64,000 nucleotides of DNA from Octopus sinensis (GCF_006345805.1 NC_043008.1:38130001-38194000), one strand, 5' to 3'. Positions 40,564 through 55,169 are shown, counted from the stretch's first letter. Notes: generated by a model not told the origin, from the letters alone. Made by a program: numbers and translations.

Positions 40564-42080
40564 TGTATATTTGCAAGGCAAGGAATTTAAAAGTGTGAGT
40601 GAATGCTTGTGTATTCATGAGGGTGTTTATTACGAGAGTGATTATGTGTATAACTTTTTAAGTGTATATGCATGTTTATAAATCAGTGAGTATTTGTGTG
40701 TGTATATATCTGTGTTTTTCTTTTGTAATTGTGTGTGTGTAACTCTGTGTGTGTCTGTGTTTTTTTGTAATTGTGTGTGTGTGTAGTTTCTATGATTTCT
40801 GATTATCTTCAGCACTGACATTCTATATCTTGGCTTGAATACCAGTATTTCAGCACATGGTTCTTTATTACAGAAACATAGAATAAAGATAATCACTGAT
40901 AATATACAAATAGACTTTGCTCTATCACGTCTCGTTACAAAAAATAAATATAGAACAATCTACGAAAAAACATTAGTGTTTTACCAATGTAATTAGCAGA
41001 AACAATAAAACTCAAGCATATGTTATTGTTGGTTTGTTTGTTTCCTTTATTACCTCGCTGTCAACTCATTTTTAAAGTGCTTATAGTTTGGTCATAAATG
41101 TATGAAGCTGAGAATATTTAGAAGAAAAAAATAATGTTATTCAATGACATTTCCATCTTACTTTAAAACTGCTGGTAATCTATGCGGCTTCTTTTGGGTA
41201 TCACAAAATCCTTAAGGACCTTTGCTTGGTTTATGTGACTGTGTGAGCTACGAAATCCTTGTCACCACTGTTATGTCACATGTTCGGATACCTCTACTAC
41301 TCAAATCTTCTCTACTCTGACTAGTCTACTCTAGTCTCTTGACGTCTAGACTTCTCCCTCTATATCTATGTATTGGGCTAGCCTACTCCATCATCTGGGG
41401 GCGTCCACACAACAGTTTAGTTGATGTAGATTGTGTTGTAAATGTAAAACTAACGTCATCTTGGATGAAATCACTAGCTACATGAATGTGGAAAAAGAAA
41501 TGGCAAGGTTTAGAATTTGGGACAAGTGCTTAGTTTTTCTTGAGTACTAAATGAATTTAAATGATGTAGCAGTATCGCACAAGTATTCAGGATTAGATCC
41601 TAGTTCTTCACAACAGATCTATGTATTTAAACAATACTCCATGTCTCTGGTTATGCCTGGCAGAGTATGATCAGATTTATGATCAGATATGCTCCTTCCA
41701 TGACCATCTTGTGTTTTTGTATACCTATGACTACATTATCAAAGACATCCTTCTTGTTCTAACAATATAAAACTTTTAACATGAAAGAATTTTGGCTTCT
41801 ATTTCTTGTAGTTCTTTTGACAATGTACAGGTTCTTCCATGCGATCACATAATGGGAGCTATTCTGGTGCCTCATGGAAGAAATTTCTAACAGTCTGAGC
41901 ATGACCATTTGTTAGGCTATGAATGAAAAAACATAATCCACATTCATTGCTGTTGGATGAAGAGGTTTGCTTTGGGATCATGTCGCTTCAGGTTTTGTTA
42001 CCCTTTGTGGTACCTTGTGGTATTGTCTGTTTGCCCACAAATGTTTTGCAAAGGAACTTAGTAGACAGAAACAGGAAGAA

Positions 42081-42313
42081 AGGCGGCGAGCTGGCAGAAA
42101 CATTATTACGCCGTGCAAAATGCTTAGCAGTATTTTGTCTGTCGCTACGTTCTGAGTTCAAATTCCGTCAAGGTCAACTTAGCCTTTCATCCTTTCAGGG
42201 TCGATTATATAAGTACCAGTTACGCACTGGGGTCGAGGCAATCGACTTAATCCCTTCGTCTGTCCTTGTGTGTCTCCTCTATGTTTAGCCTCTTGTGAGC
42301 AATAAAGAAATAA
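42081..42313 (+). mobile_element. SINE family B nested in a decayed family A-like SINE
   Basis: 13-bp TSD gaaacag(g/a)aagaa at 42068-42080 and 42314-42326. Flanks gtagacagaaac and tgtgtgtg...cttggtaactggtgctgg...taacttagc resemble the family A body. Confidence 0.8.
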
Positions 42314-43534
42314 GAAACAGAAAGAAATCCATTTTATGTGTGTGAGTGAACATGCATATGTGTGCGTACATGCACATGTGTGGTGTGTGTGTGTGTGTGT
42401 GTGTGTGTGTGCATGCTTTTGCATTTGCCACTCACTGCTTGGTAACTGGTGCTGGTTTCTGTACATTCATAACTTAGCATTTCATCTTAACATTACTACT
42501 AGGTTTGATTCAATTCACCAAACTATTCAAAGTAGTGCCCCAGCATGACCATAGTCCAATGAATAGAACAAAAAAAAAGGCATAAAAAGAAAATTGATTT
42601 TACAAAAGTGAAGGACTAGAATTTGATGGAGTACCTGATAGTGTGAGGCCATGTGAAAGTCATTTCAACATTGTTCAAAATATAAACAAAGACAGTGTTA
42701 TGTACAGGAAAAAGAATCCTAAAGCTTCAAGCTGGACACTTGAGAAAAATACATAAGATATTTTTTCTCATCTGTCTCTAACATATCTCTATATTTGATT
42801 TTTAATGAACAAATTCTTGCTATCAAAGACCACCACTTTTCTTCTTGAATTCTAGTAATTACATGATTCTTACCCAGATTTTTACGTCTTAACATTTCAA
42901 CTTTTTACATATGGTCTGTAAAATATTATGAATTCATAGATTTGTAAAAATTTCGTATATTGCAAAAAATTCACAATTTGAAGAACTTACATAAATATGC
43001 ATAAGATTTTCCTTTTACAAATATTACAGTGGATTTATTCTGATATTTTAGTAGAATATACATGAGAATATTATACTTCGAAATTTAATGCTACCTTTAA
43101 TTTGCATCTGTCTAAGTCATTTCTGCATATTTCAGTTCTAATCAAGCATAAACGGCTGAGTTTAAATGTTGATTTCCAACTTTATATTTGTGCTTAGGTA
43201 TTTGCTCTGACCCCCAATATTAAGAATTGATGTTATGTCATTGCAGAATCACCAGTTATTCAAGTTATCTATTATTGTTTATTCAAGATTCCTCGTTGAA
43301 CGTATAATGTTTCTATAATTGAGTACAGACTAATACAAATAAGATACCATACTGTCGTGATGAGAAGTATATTCAGTGGTTAGAAGTTGTTTGGGTCATT
43401 AGCAAGAATTTCAGAAGGGTGACTATCTGAAATGAAATATAATTGCTCACATTGTGGACACTACAAATAGAAGCTGTGTTGATACTGAAAAGAAGGTTCA
43501 TGGAGGTGAATCCAGTTATGTTGTTATTATGCGC

Positions 43535-43938
43535 AGGAGTAGCTGTGTGGTAAGTAGCTTGCTTACCAACCACATGGTTCCGGGTTCAGTTCCACAGTGT
43601 GGCACCTTAGGCAAGTGTCTTCTACTGTAGCCTCAGGCTGACCAAAGCCTTGTGAGTGGATTTGATAGACAGAAACTGAAAGAAGCCCATTGTATATATG
43701 TATATATATATGTATGTGTGTGTATATGGTTGTGCATCTGTGTTTGTCTCCCCAACATCGCTTGACAACCGATGCTGGTGTGTGTATATCCCCATAACTT
43801 AGCAGTTCGGCAAAAGAGACCAATAGAATAAGTACTAGGCTTACAAAGAATAAGTCCTGGGGTCGATTTGCTCGACTAAAGGCAGTGCTCCAGCATGGCC
43901 ACAGTCAAATGACTGAAACAAGTAAAAGAGTAAAAGAG
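43535..43938 (+). mobile_element. SINE family A, full length
   Basis: aggagtagctgtgtggtaagtagc...gactgaaacaagtaaaagagtaaaagag. Confidence 0.9.
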
Positions 43939-44367
43939 CATCTAAAACTTCCCTTTGCACCGCAAGTTACTTTAGGACCAAATTTTCACTCTAGGATAAA
44001 CCAGAAAGTTTCCCATTAAAATCTTAGCCTCTATAACATTTAAATTGAGGTTCAAACCTCTTCTTTCCTGTTTACATCTGAAAGTTAGATCCAACGTCTA
44101 CCACCACAATAAACTTAAACTTATAAAATGTAACAAGTGGGATGCAGCAGTACTTTCAAACATTTGTCTACAGAAGGATTTGAACTCAGTGCCATAAGCT
44201 GATGAGTTACTGACAGTTAAATGTTTTGGGTCATAAGCATAGCACAGTACAATTGACTGAGTACAAAGTGGTAACATTTTTAGTAGTTTTTTTAGGGATG
44301 GGGATACCCTGTTTATCCACTTATCCATTTAGGCAAGTTGATATCTGCCAATAATATCTATATTGTG

Positions 44368-45246
44368 ATTCTATGCTCTTTTAACCCTTTTGTTACTGTA
44401 TTTATTTTGAGATACTCTGTGTTTCTTTCAATTACCTTAAATAAATATAACAAAGAATTTAGTTAAATAACTTAGTTATCAATCAGCTAGTGTTAGGAAC
44501 ATAAATTGTGACGAAGGTTTGGTGGAAGATTTTTATTCAAAACTTGAGTCAAGACTATTGAAAAGGTCGCATGACGCAACGAAAATTTTAGGAAAATTAA
44601 AATAAGAAATAAGTGGAAATTTTACCAGTGAGTGTGTTACATTATAAGGCACAAAAAGAATGCTATTCTATGCTCTTTTAATCCTATTGTTACTGTATTT
44701 ATTTTGAGATACTCTGTGTTTCTTTCAATTGCTTTAAATATAACAAAGAATTTACTAAAATAACTTAATTATCATTCAGCTAGTGTTAGGAACATAAATT
44801 GTGACTAAGATTTGGTGGAAGATTTTCATTCAAAACTTGAGTCAAGACTACTGAAAAGGTCGCATGACGCAACGAAAATTTTAGGAAAATTAAAATAAGA
44901 AATAAGTGGAAATTTTACCAGTGAGTGTGTTACATTATAAGGCACAAAAAGAATGCTATTCTATGCTCTTTTAATCCTATTGTTACTGTATTTATTTTGA
45001 GATACTCTGTGTTTCTTTCAATTGCTTTAAATATAACAAAGAATTTAGTAAAATAACTTAATTATCATTCAGCTAGTGTTAGGAACATAAATTGTGACTA
45101 AGATTTGGTGGAAGATTTTCATTCAAAACTTGAGTCAAGACTATTGAAAAGGTCGCATGACGCAACGAAAATTTTAGGAAAATTAAAATAAGAAATAAGT
45201 GGAAATTTTACCGGTGAGTGCGTTACATTACAAGGCACAAAAAGAA
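44368..45246. repeat. Tandem array of three ~293-bp units
   Basis: Units start attctatgctcttttaa at 44368, 44665 and 44958. Internal landmarks are spaced exactly 293 bp. Units 2 and 3 are nearly identical. Confidence 0.97.
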
Positions 45247-45539
45247 AATGACTCTCCCCAGACACAACAGAATATGCTTCAACACACGAACCCATATAAA
45301 GAATTTTTCAAGCTAAACCCAAAAACGAAATTATGAAAACAAGACATTTGTAGTGAGAGCCAGAGCCTGTTTCATATCACACCATAGCCTTCAGACTAGG
45401 GCTCCAGTTTGATAATACCTTCCTCCCATTTTTCCAGCATTAGGGGCTTGGTAAGAGATCATGGACACTCCCTTCCTTCTTGACTTAAAGATATGAAAAT
45501 ATCTTACAGATTTCTTTCAAAGTAGTTGCATTACCAAGA

Positions 45540-46190
45540 TACATGGTAAATTAAAGGTAATAACTGTTGATGCTAATTTGCGTCCCTGATGAGTGATGAT
45601 AGTAACAATTGATGATGATAATATGTATCCCTGATGAGCAATGATGGTAATAACTGCTAATAGTAATTTGCATTTCCGATGTGTAACGATGGCAACAACC
45701 TCTCTCAGTAATTTGCTTTGTCCAACAAGTGATGATGCTCCAAATGACAGCTGCAATGATGAAGATGATAATGATGTTGATGTTTGAGAAAATAACCTTC
45801 ACTATGGTGGTTAATATTGGAAATTAGGGATGGCGGTATAGATGGCAATAATTAGGATGATGGTGATAATGATGAGGATGATGATGATGATGATGACGGC
45901 AATGATGATGACGATAGCTGAAAATTAGGATGATAGTAATTAAGGTGATGATGATGATGAAGATGATGATGATGGTGGTGGTGGTGGTGGTAAAAATAGC
46001 AGTGGTGATGAAAAGGAAGTTGGCAGTAATGATACTACTACTAGTAATAATAACAATAATAATGATGATGCTGCTGGTGATGATGATGATGACAACAATA
46101 AAACAACAATAACAGCAACAACAGATATGTTGACGATGATGATGATGATGACGACGACGTTGATGATGCTGAAGATGATGATGCCAATAA
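45540..46190. repeat. Degenerate (GAT/GGT/AAT)n region with ~45-bp sub-repeats
   Basis: taataactg...taatttgc...ccctgatgag motifs recur at 45558-45690, followed by long GAT-type tracts. Confidence 0.85.
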
Positions 46191-48189
46191 CCAGATTATT
46201 CAACAGAATCAGTGTGTTCTCCAATGCATCTGAGTTAAGCAACATATATGTCTTTGGGGGTGTTAACCCAATTATGATTAATTTCCTCCTGATACAAGAA
46301 ATAATAATTATCGGTATAAGAATTAGCAAGAAGATCAAGACTATATTAAATAAATCTTTTCTTGGCCACCTTTTCAGCTCAAGGGCCTCTCACTGATCAA
46401 ATCTAATTTTGTAAATAACATAAGCGTATTCTTTTTGTGTTCCCTTCCTACACCTCTTCCTCTCCCTCTCTCTCTCTCTCCAAATCATATTTTTATATCA
46501 GGTTTTTTTCTTTACTGAGTTGATTTTTTAATTTTCTTTTTTTTTTTGTCATTTTTCATGCTTCTTGTATTGTGAAAAATAGAAGCAAATATTTGGAAAA
46601 CATTTGCTAATTTAGTTAACCATATAATTAGAATATTTTCAGATTTTTCTTGTATCTGAGGTGTAGCAAAATGAAATTAAAGAAAAAAATAAAGATGATT
46701 AACTAACGTTATTGATGGAGAAGTTTGCAAAGTTAAAGAGGCTTTTGTATATAGTTAAGTATCTGTGGCTTTTGTTATCTTCATATTAATCCTTCAGTTA
46801 GAACCACTTCACGTTTATGTTGAAGTAATCTTAACGTATTGTTAAAATATCAATCCTTTTGTTCACTAGTTAAATGTGTTATAAACAGAGGAACTCTTTA
46901 AGCGTGATCGTTCATTGAGTGATAAATGAAAATTTTTGCTATTTAATAAAGTGAAAGACTAGAATTTGATAGGACTTGTGATAATATGTGGCCATGTTTT
47001 AAAAGTCATTTTGATACAGTTCGCAATATTGATCATTTTTAATAGTTTAGGTATGATCATTAATTGCACACTGAGTGAAAAATTTCGATATTTATCAGTC
47101 AAAGTTGGGACTTGTGATAATCTGTGGCCATGTAAAAGTCAATTTGATATTGTTCATGATATTGATAATGACAAGAATATGTTAGATATTTTCCCATATC
47201 TGACACTAACATATCTTTACATTTCATTTTAACCAAACTAACTCTTGCTATCACAGACCAACTCTTTTCCTCCTGAATTCTAGAAGCTGCATTTGGAATT
47301 CTAGAAGCATCCTTTGGTTCTCATTCAAACTTTTATTGTTCAAAATCTAAAATTTATGATTCTAAGACTTTAATGCTACAAATCCAGGTATCCATGCTAT
47401 TTGATTGGTTCCTTGAAAATGTCCATTTCCTATGTAGTTTTAAAGAGTGATTCTATGTTGCCAAATGCCTAGTTTTAGAATTTTTATATTTTCACAGGTA
47501 TAAAATGACTGGGATAGGTAATGTTATGCTGCCTAGTGAAAGAGAGTGTGTGGGGTAGGGTACAGTGGGTGTGGTGGGGATGAAACTGAAAACATTGCAG
47601 ATAGACACAACTCTGGGTGGTCAAGCTCTCACTAAATTTTTCAAGTTTCACTTGGAAAATACAGTGGAGGGGGAAGGGGGAAGTACTCTGCTCCAGGGAA
47701 ATTGCCAAAAGATGGGTGACTGGCATGATTAGAGTGAATGGAATTAAACTAAACATGTCTTTGTAGATTAAAGACCCACAGTTGGGTGAGGGCTTGTGTC
47801 CTTGGTGGTCAGGACAAAGATCTGTGGAGTCCCTTGCCAGGCACAAGTTGGAGGCTCTCCTCTATTAGGAGAATTGTATCATCATGTGATCACAAATTTT
47901 ATGTACTGAGTATACTTCTTATCTCATCTCCTCCTTCTTTCCCTTTCTTCACATCATTTACAAACTCAAATATCAGAAAATATTGTAATTATTACTATTA
48001 TCATTGTTGTTGCTGTTGTTGTTGATGGTGTTGTTATCGTTATAAACTTATTTTTTACTGCAAAAAAAAAAAGATCGTACTGAGGAAAATGGAAATAGAG
48101 ATAGCAGGAATGCTGTTTTGATTAAACGGATATACTTTGCTTAACATATTGGATATGTTTTCTCACATTTGTAAATCAAAATGTATTTA

Positions 48190-48225
<36 letters not shown>

Positions 48226-48431
48226 CACATGCGCACACACACACACACACACACATGCACGCACACACATATATATATGTAGAGAAAGAGAGAGAGAGAA
48301 AGACAGATTGATAGAAAGATAGATAGATATAAGTGTGTGTGTGTACGTTCATGTATTTATGCTTGTATTTATCTATGTATAATCTGTATATGCTTCTATG
48401 TAAATATATGTATATATATATATACATATAT

Positions 48432-48490
<59 letters not shown>

Positions 48491-48622
48491 TATTTATAAA
48501 TGCATTGAGACAGAGACAGATAGATATAAGTGTGTGTGTATGTTTATGTATCTATGTATGTATGTATGTACACATGCACACATGCATGTATCTATGTATA
48601 ATCTGTATACGTTTCTATGTAA

Positions 48623-48661
<39 letters not shown>

Positions 48662-49363
48662 CGCATTTATACATGCATATTACATACACACACATCACAC
48701 ATATCAGTTCCATTGTTTTATTCAGTTCAGGAAAGAAAGTCTTTTATTAATATTTAAAAGATTAAAATTTACAAAAACAAAAAAAAAACGTAAAGAAAAT
48801 GGAACAAATAAATTATACATAAAATAATCTTTTAAGAATATAAATATTTTTATTATCTTTAAAATGACTGCGAACATCTTGGCTATAAGAGATGTAACAT
48901 TAATCTGATGTCAGAAAATGACAGAGTTCCTGTAGGCTTTATCATGGAATATACTCTAGATATCACATAGTTCCTGAAGTTATGCATTAACTGTCAGGAG
49001 GTGAAATCTAATCAAACTGCATCTCTAATTAGTATGTTTATAATTAACTTATTGATAGAATATTCTAATATATATATTTGCATTTTATCAGCTCTTATCT
49101 CTTCTAAAGTTTCATATTATTATCTAGAAAATGTTTACGCTGATTCATTATTGAATAATATTTTGGTAATTTTGTTTCAAGTCACAGCATCAAGTTCGTT
49201 ATTTATGACCACTGCTCGAAATCCACTACTGGGTTAGGTATTATCTTTATGTTATCAAACTGTACACACACACAAACACACACACACACACACACACCAC
49301 ACACACACACACACATACACACACACATATATATATATATATAGATATATGTATGTATGTATA

Positions 49364-49728
<365 letters not shown>

Positions 49729-51687
49729 TATATGTATGTATGTATATATGTATGTATGTATATATGTATGTATGTATGTATTATGTATGTATGCATGTAG
49801 GTATGTATGTATGCGTACAGTGGGCTTCATGCCTTTCTTGGAAGTGTAGTCTATTCTTAGCTACAATAGTGTCAACATGGATTTCTTCCATCTTCTTGCT
49901 CTGTTAAAGTATTTGAGAAAATTTATATCAATGTGTCCAACTGATTAAAATTCTATTTCTTTGTGCAGCTGATGATAGCCCTGCATTTAAATTGATGCAA
50001 ATGATTGCATTGTTCAATTAAATGGAGCCACTTGAACCGGTTGTACTGCATCACTTCTTGATATTCTGTTTCTTATTTTGAATATATATATATATATATA
50101 TATTTGATGATGGTTGTCAACTCATAGGTGAGTATGACCATCACTTAAAAAGCGATGCTTGCGAAAAGTTTTAGGGTCAATAAGTCTTACACAACACCTC
50201 ACAGACCCCTTCCACCCTATTGGGCATGAACCAGAGACAAGCCAAGGCAAAATATCAAAATATCTAGTGCCCCTATGGATCACAGGTTCAGGAATATGGG
50301 TATGCCATGATTTCAAGTGCAAGCAAAGCAACCCATAATGCCCTATGAGATTCCCTGCATTTCGGTTTTATATCAGAGTGACCTTCTCCTAGAGACACAC
50401 ACATACACGCACATATATGTATGTATGTACATATATGTGTGTATACATGTATCATGTATGTATATATGCATATATATAATGTCTATGTGTGTATGTGTGT
50501 GTGTGTGTGAGTATGTGTGTATGTGTGTAGGTATGTATACATTCCAGTGAGCAAAAATTCTACAGTTCCAGTTTTCACTGAGAGAGATGGTAAGTGAAGT
50601 AAAAATGCTTCAGGTAATAGACAAAAGGAAGGACATGGATCCATAGAAAATCTGCCTCAACATGTTATGTGTTACCCACACCAGCATGAAAATAAAAATG
50701 GATATAAAGGTAATCAGATCAAAATGATGATGATAATGATGAGGATGATGAGGAGGAGGAGGAGGATGATGATGACTACCTTTAATGTATAAATTGCTTT
50801 GGGGGTTAAAACTCAATTCAGTGAGAAATGGCGATCAGATAGTAAATTCTATCACATGAGAACTTTGAAGAATCTCTACAGCAAATATACAAATAATGGT
50901 AATAGGTTACAATATATGTTGTGATGTTTAATTGCCAGTTATGCTTGCCTTGACATTTCTTAGAGGTGTGGGGCAGAGAGAGAAAGAAGTTTGCATTATC
51001 TTCTCCAAGGAAAATGCAGAAGTACAAAATAAGGTTTCATATGTTTAGTGAAAGCTTTAGAAAAATAAATGTTGTGAAATTGCTAAAAACACACAAAATT
51101 GCCAAACAGGAACTTGAGTCAGGTAACTTGCAGATTATTTTCTATTCTATAATAGTGCTGCCACTTTAGTAGAAAATGTGATAAAGCCAGAATCCCAATG
51201 CAATTTAAATCTAATTTCAAGATTTATATATTCGTCTTTTCTCACATAATTTCATTCTTTACAGTATCTTTGCTGATAACGAAAGGATGAAAACAAAATA
51301 AAAAGCCATCTAATCTTTATATTTGGCACTGAAGGTGCAAATGTATACAATTCTCTATTTATAATTACTAATCAAGTTAATTTGAAATTTAAAATGATTT
51401 GAAATTTTTGTCAGATGTCGTGGCTATTGCTTTCCAGTCAAGGGGATGAAAAATTGAATAAATTTGCATTTGCAATGCCCAGTTGCCCTATTCTGACTCA
51501 AGAAGACCATTAGATTAGAAATAGGAAGTCTGCCAAGATTCACTAATGAGAGTGAGAAAGCGAGGGAGAGAGAGATAGAAAGAGGGAGAGAGAAGGAGAG
51601 AGAGAGAGCTCTTTGGGTCACATGCAACAATGTGTGTGTGAGAATGGTGGAGATAAATATATGAGTGTGCTGACTGCAATCAGTGAG

Positions 51688-52000
51688 TGGAGGCACATGG
51701 CCTAGTGGTTAGAGCAGCGGATTCGCGGTCGAGGGATCACGGGTTCGAATCTCAGACCGGACGATGTGTGTGTTTATGAGCGAAACACCTAAGCTCCACG
51801 CAGCTCTGGCAGAAGGTAATGGCGAAACTTCTGCTGACTCTTTCGCCACAACTTTCTCTCACTCTTTCCTCCTGCATCTTGCTGCTCACCTGCAATGGAC
51901 CGGCGTCCCGTCCAGGTGGGGAACCTATACGCCAAGAAACCGGGAAACTGGCCCTTATGAGCCAGGCATGGCTCGAGAAGGAACAAACAACAACAACAAC
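51688..52000 (+). mobile_element. tRNA-derived SINE family C, full length, (CAA)n tail
   Basis: A-box tggcctagtgg, B-box ggttcgaatct. 11-bp TSD caatcagtgag at 51677-51687 and 52000-52010. Confidence 0.9.
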
Positions 52001-53118
52001 AATCAGTGAGCATCAGTGATGAAATTCGGTTTGTAAGCAAGTAGGAAAAATTACTGAGTGGAGTACTAAAAGTATTGTTTGTTCTAAAGCACTGCAAACT
52101 TAATCTATTACAAAGAATGAGAACTAGGAACACTTAGGAAGCTACTGAAACAGTGGTAACTGGCCAAGTAACTTAATATTCAAGTTTTAAGGAGCCTACA
52201 TGTTATCCTGGCTTTATGAAAGTATGTGTTCCTTAAAATTTTCTGCAGCTTGGAATAGTTTAAGTGAGATTTCTTTCTCCCCACTGCCATTTACATTCTT
52301 TTTCTTGTATGTTATATGGCGGTCAATGGGTAAATAATTTCCAAAGTGCAGAATTCCGTTACTGTAAGTTTGTCAGTAACACAATGCTTCCATAACACAA
52401 ATGATGTTTGTACAAGTACGGTGAAGGAGGAGGAGAAGGAAAATGCAAAGAAAAGATTACACGGTCTTAATCAACCAAATATTATTTGTTCTTCCCAAAA
52501 ACCAAAAACGAAACATTTATTTATTAAAATCTAAGCTATATTTCTTAAAAATTCAAAAGCAGAAAAATAATTGTTTATCGTACTTTCGCAGTATTGACAC
52601 ACAACTACATTATAATCAATAACATTGTCTTAGAAGTTGTTAACTTATCAAATGCTGTTTATATTTAAAATTTGCTTTAATCCTATCAAATTTTGATGTC
52701 ATATGGTTTACACGAGCAAAAGTTTCAAACAATAAAAATAAATTTCTTTACAATTATTCAAACATTTGTGTAAAAACAAAAAAAGTTAGAATGTAGCAAA
52801 AGTAGAAGTCTGTCTAACAAACAACTTGACAGCTCAGGGATTTTTCTCATGAGAAATGAATGAAAAAATATGCAACTTGTATTTCAAATCTAGACAATTC
52901 CAATTATATAACAGAATATTATTAAATAATAATTGTGTTTAGAAAAATAAATTCATGAGACAAAATTTTTGAAATTTTAGGAAGAAGTTGGTGTGGAATG
53001 CATTATTACATGTGTCCATTATCACTAGATTCAAGCACCAAAGAAGGAACAAGTGCAGGCTTATTTTATTACTCTAAAATGATATTCTCTATTAAAGAAA
53101 TCAAAACTTGGATCTTAG

Positions 53119-53533
53119 CTCCTTTACTCCTTTCTCTTTTACTTGTTTCAGTCATTTGACTGCAGCCATGCTGGAGCACCACCTTTAGTCGAGCAAATCG
53201 ACCCCAGGACTTATTCTTTGTAAGCCTAGTACACATTCTACTGGTCTCTTTTGCCGAACCGCTAAGTTACGGAGATATAAACACACCACCATCCGTTGTC
53301 AAGCGATGTTGGGTGGACAAACAGAAACACACAAACACACACACATACACACACACATATATATATACATATATACAACGGGCTTCTTTCAGTTTCTCTC
53401 TACCAAATCCACTCACAAGGCTTTGGTTGACCTGAGGCCATAGTAGAAGACACTTGCCCAAAGTGCCATGCAGTGGGACTGAACCCGGAACCATGTGATT
53501 CGTAAGCAAGCTACTTACCATACAGCCACTCCT
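53119..53533 (-). mobile_element. SINE family A, full length (older diverged relative follows at ~53640-53960)
   Basis: Same body as 10080-10490. Confidence 0.9.
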
Positions 53534-54675
53534 GCACCTATACATGAAAAAATTATTATAAACAGGAAAAATAATCCCCTACTTATCTGCACACACATAC
53601 ACACATATTCTTAAGCGTAACTATTACCTTTTTCCCTTTTGCTGGTTTCACTCATTAGACTGCAGCCATGACGGGGAACCATCTTGACAGGTTTAATGAA
53701 ACAAATCGGCCCCAGAACTTATCTCTAAGTCTGGTACTTATTCTATCATTCTCTTTTGCCAGGCTGCTAAGTTATGAAGATATAAACCAACCAACACCTG
53801 TTCTCAAACAGTGGTGGGATACATACCCAAACACAAAGGCACACACATATATGAAAGGCTTCCACATAGTTTCCGCTACCAAATTCATTCATAGGGCATT
53901 GATCCAAGGTTAGGAAGCTTACACAGGGACTGAACACAGAACCATGTGTTTGGAAAGTGAGATTCGCGAACACATAGACATACTTGTGTGTATGACTGAA
54001 TTTTTTGAAGAAAAATAGAATAAAATACTCAATTTTATCACGAATATCTTGTGTAAGCATAAATTTTCCTTTCCCATTGTAAAATGTGTGTTCTTACACA
54101 GTAGTATCCACGGTAAGTTGGATATAAACTGTGCATAAAAAATTATATTTGTAAATCTATGTATCCAACATAGATTCCCAGAAAGTATAGGTTTTAAAGA
54201 ATTAGTAGTATGAATAATTGGTGAAAGTCTTACAATTTAGTAAACTGTTGTTGAATATCTTCAAAGAACCCTGCCTAGGCAATCCAATAGCACACAAGTA
54301 GATCATACAGGAAAGCATTAAAAAAGAAGTACTTTAATATGTCTGTGTATGACATTATTTAAAAAAAGATGCTTCAAGTTTAACAAATGTTGTCTGCACA
54401 CAGCTTAGCAAGAACAGTGCTGGAACTGTCAGATCCTGTGATTTCACCCTGCCCAGGCCCTTCAGTGTCAGACATCTTGTAATGATATAGTGGCTGAATG
54501 TCTACGATATATAGAATTTCAGTGTCTCTTCAAGCATTGAAGGCACAAGCAAGAATATAATTTTTTTTTATATTTACGAACATAATTATCAATTGATTAA
54601 TTGAATATGCTTTGATTTGTAGAAACAAAAGTGTATAACTGATAGAACTAATGTAAAGGCATAGAACTGATGCAA

Positions 54676-54906
54676 GGTGGGGAGCTGGCAGAAATGTTAG
54701 CATGCCGGGGGAAATGCTTAGCGGTATTTCGTCTGTCTTTATGTTCTGAGTTCAAATTCTGGTGAGGTCGACTTTGCATTTCATATTTTCAGGGTCGATA
54801 AATTAAGTACCAGTTATGCACTGGGGTCGATGTAATCGACTTAATCCCTCTGTCTGTCCTTGTTTGTCCCCTCTATGTTAAACCCCTTGTGGACAATAAA
54901 TAAATA
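54676..54906 (+). mobile_element. SINE family B, full length
   Basis: 13-bp TSD agaactgatg(c/t)aa at 54663-54675 and 54907-54919. Confidence 0.9.
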
Positions 54907-55169
54907 AGAACTGATGTAAATATGTGCCCGTTTCTTGTTTTATTGGATTTAGTGCTTTATCAATTCAGGAGATAAAGGAATAACACTAAATACTAATCAA
55001 CTTCATTATGTTAATTTATTCACTCCTCCCCTGCCAATAGTTAATATATAAATGATTTTGTCAGGATAAGAACGTACTCATACATAACATAGTGTGATCA
55101 ATAAATACTGAGTGTTTTACTGTTCACTACTTTATTGGTGTTGACATGTTTTGATATACAACTGCCTTT

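Noticed and set aside
43350-43430. Good minus-strand acceptor (tttcatttcag) before DSHPSEILANDPNNF
   Set aside because: All three phases hit stops before a credible donor.
51688-51765. tRNA-like sequences (also at 13316, 17278, 24217, 28552, 58836)
   Set aside because: They continue into shared SINE bodies with tails and TSDs, and the acceptor stems are not intact; they are SINE heads, not tRNA genes.
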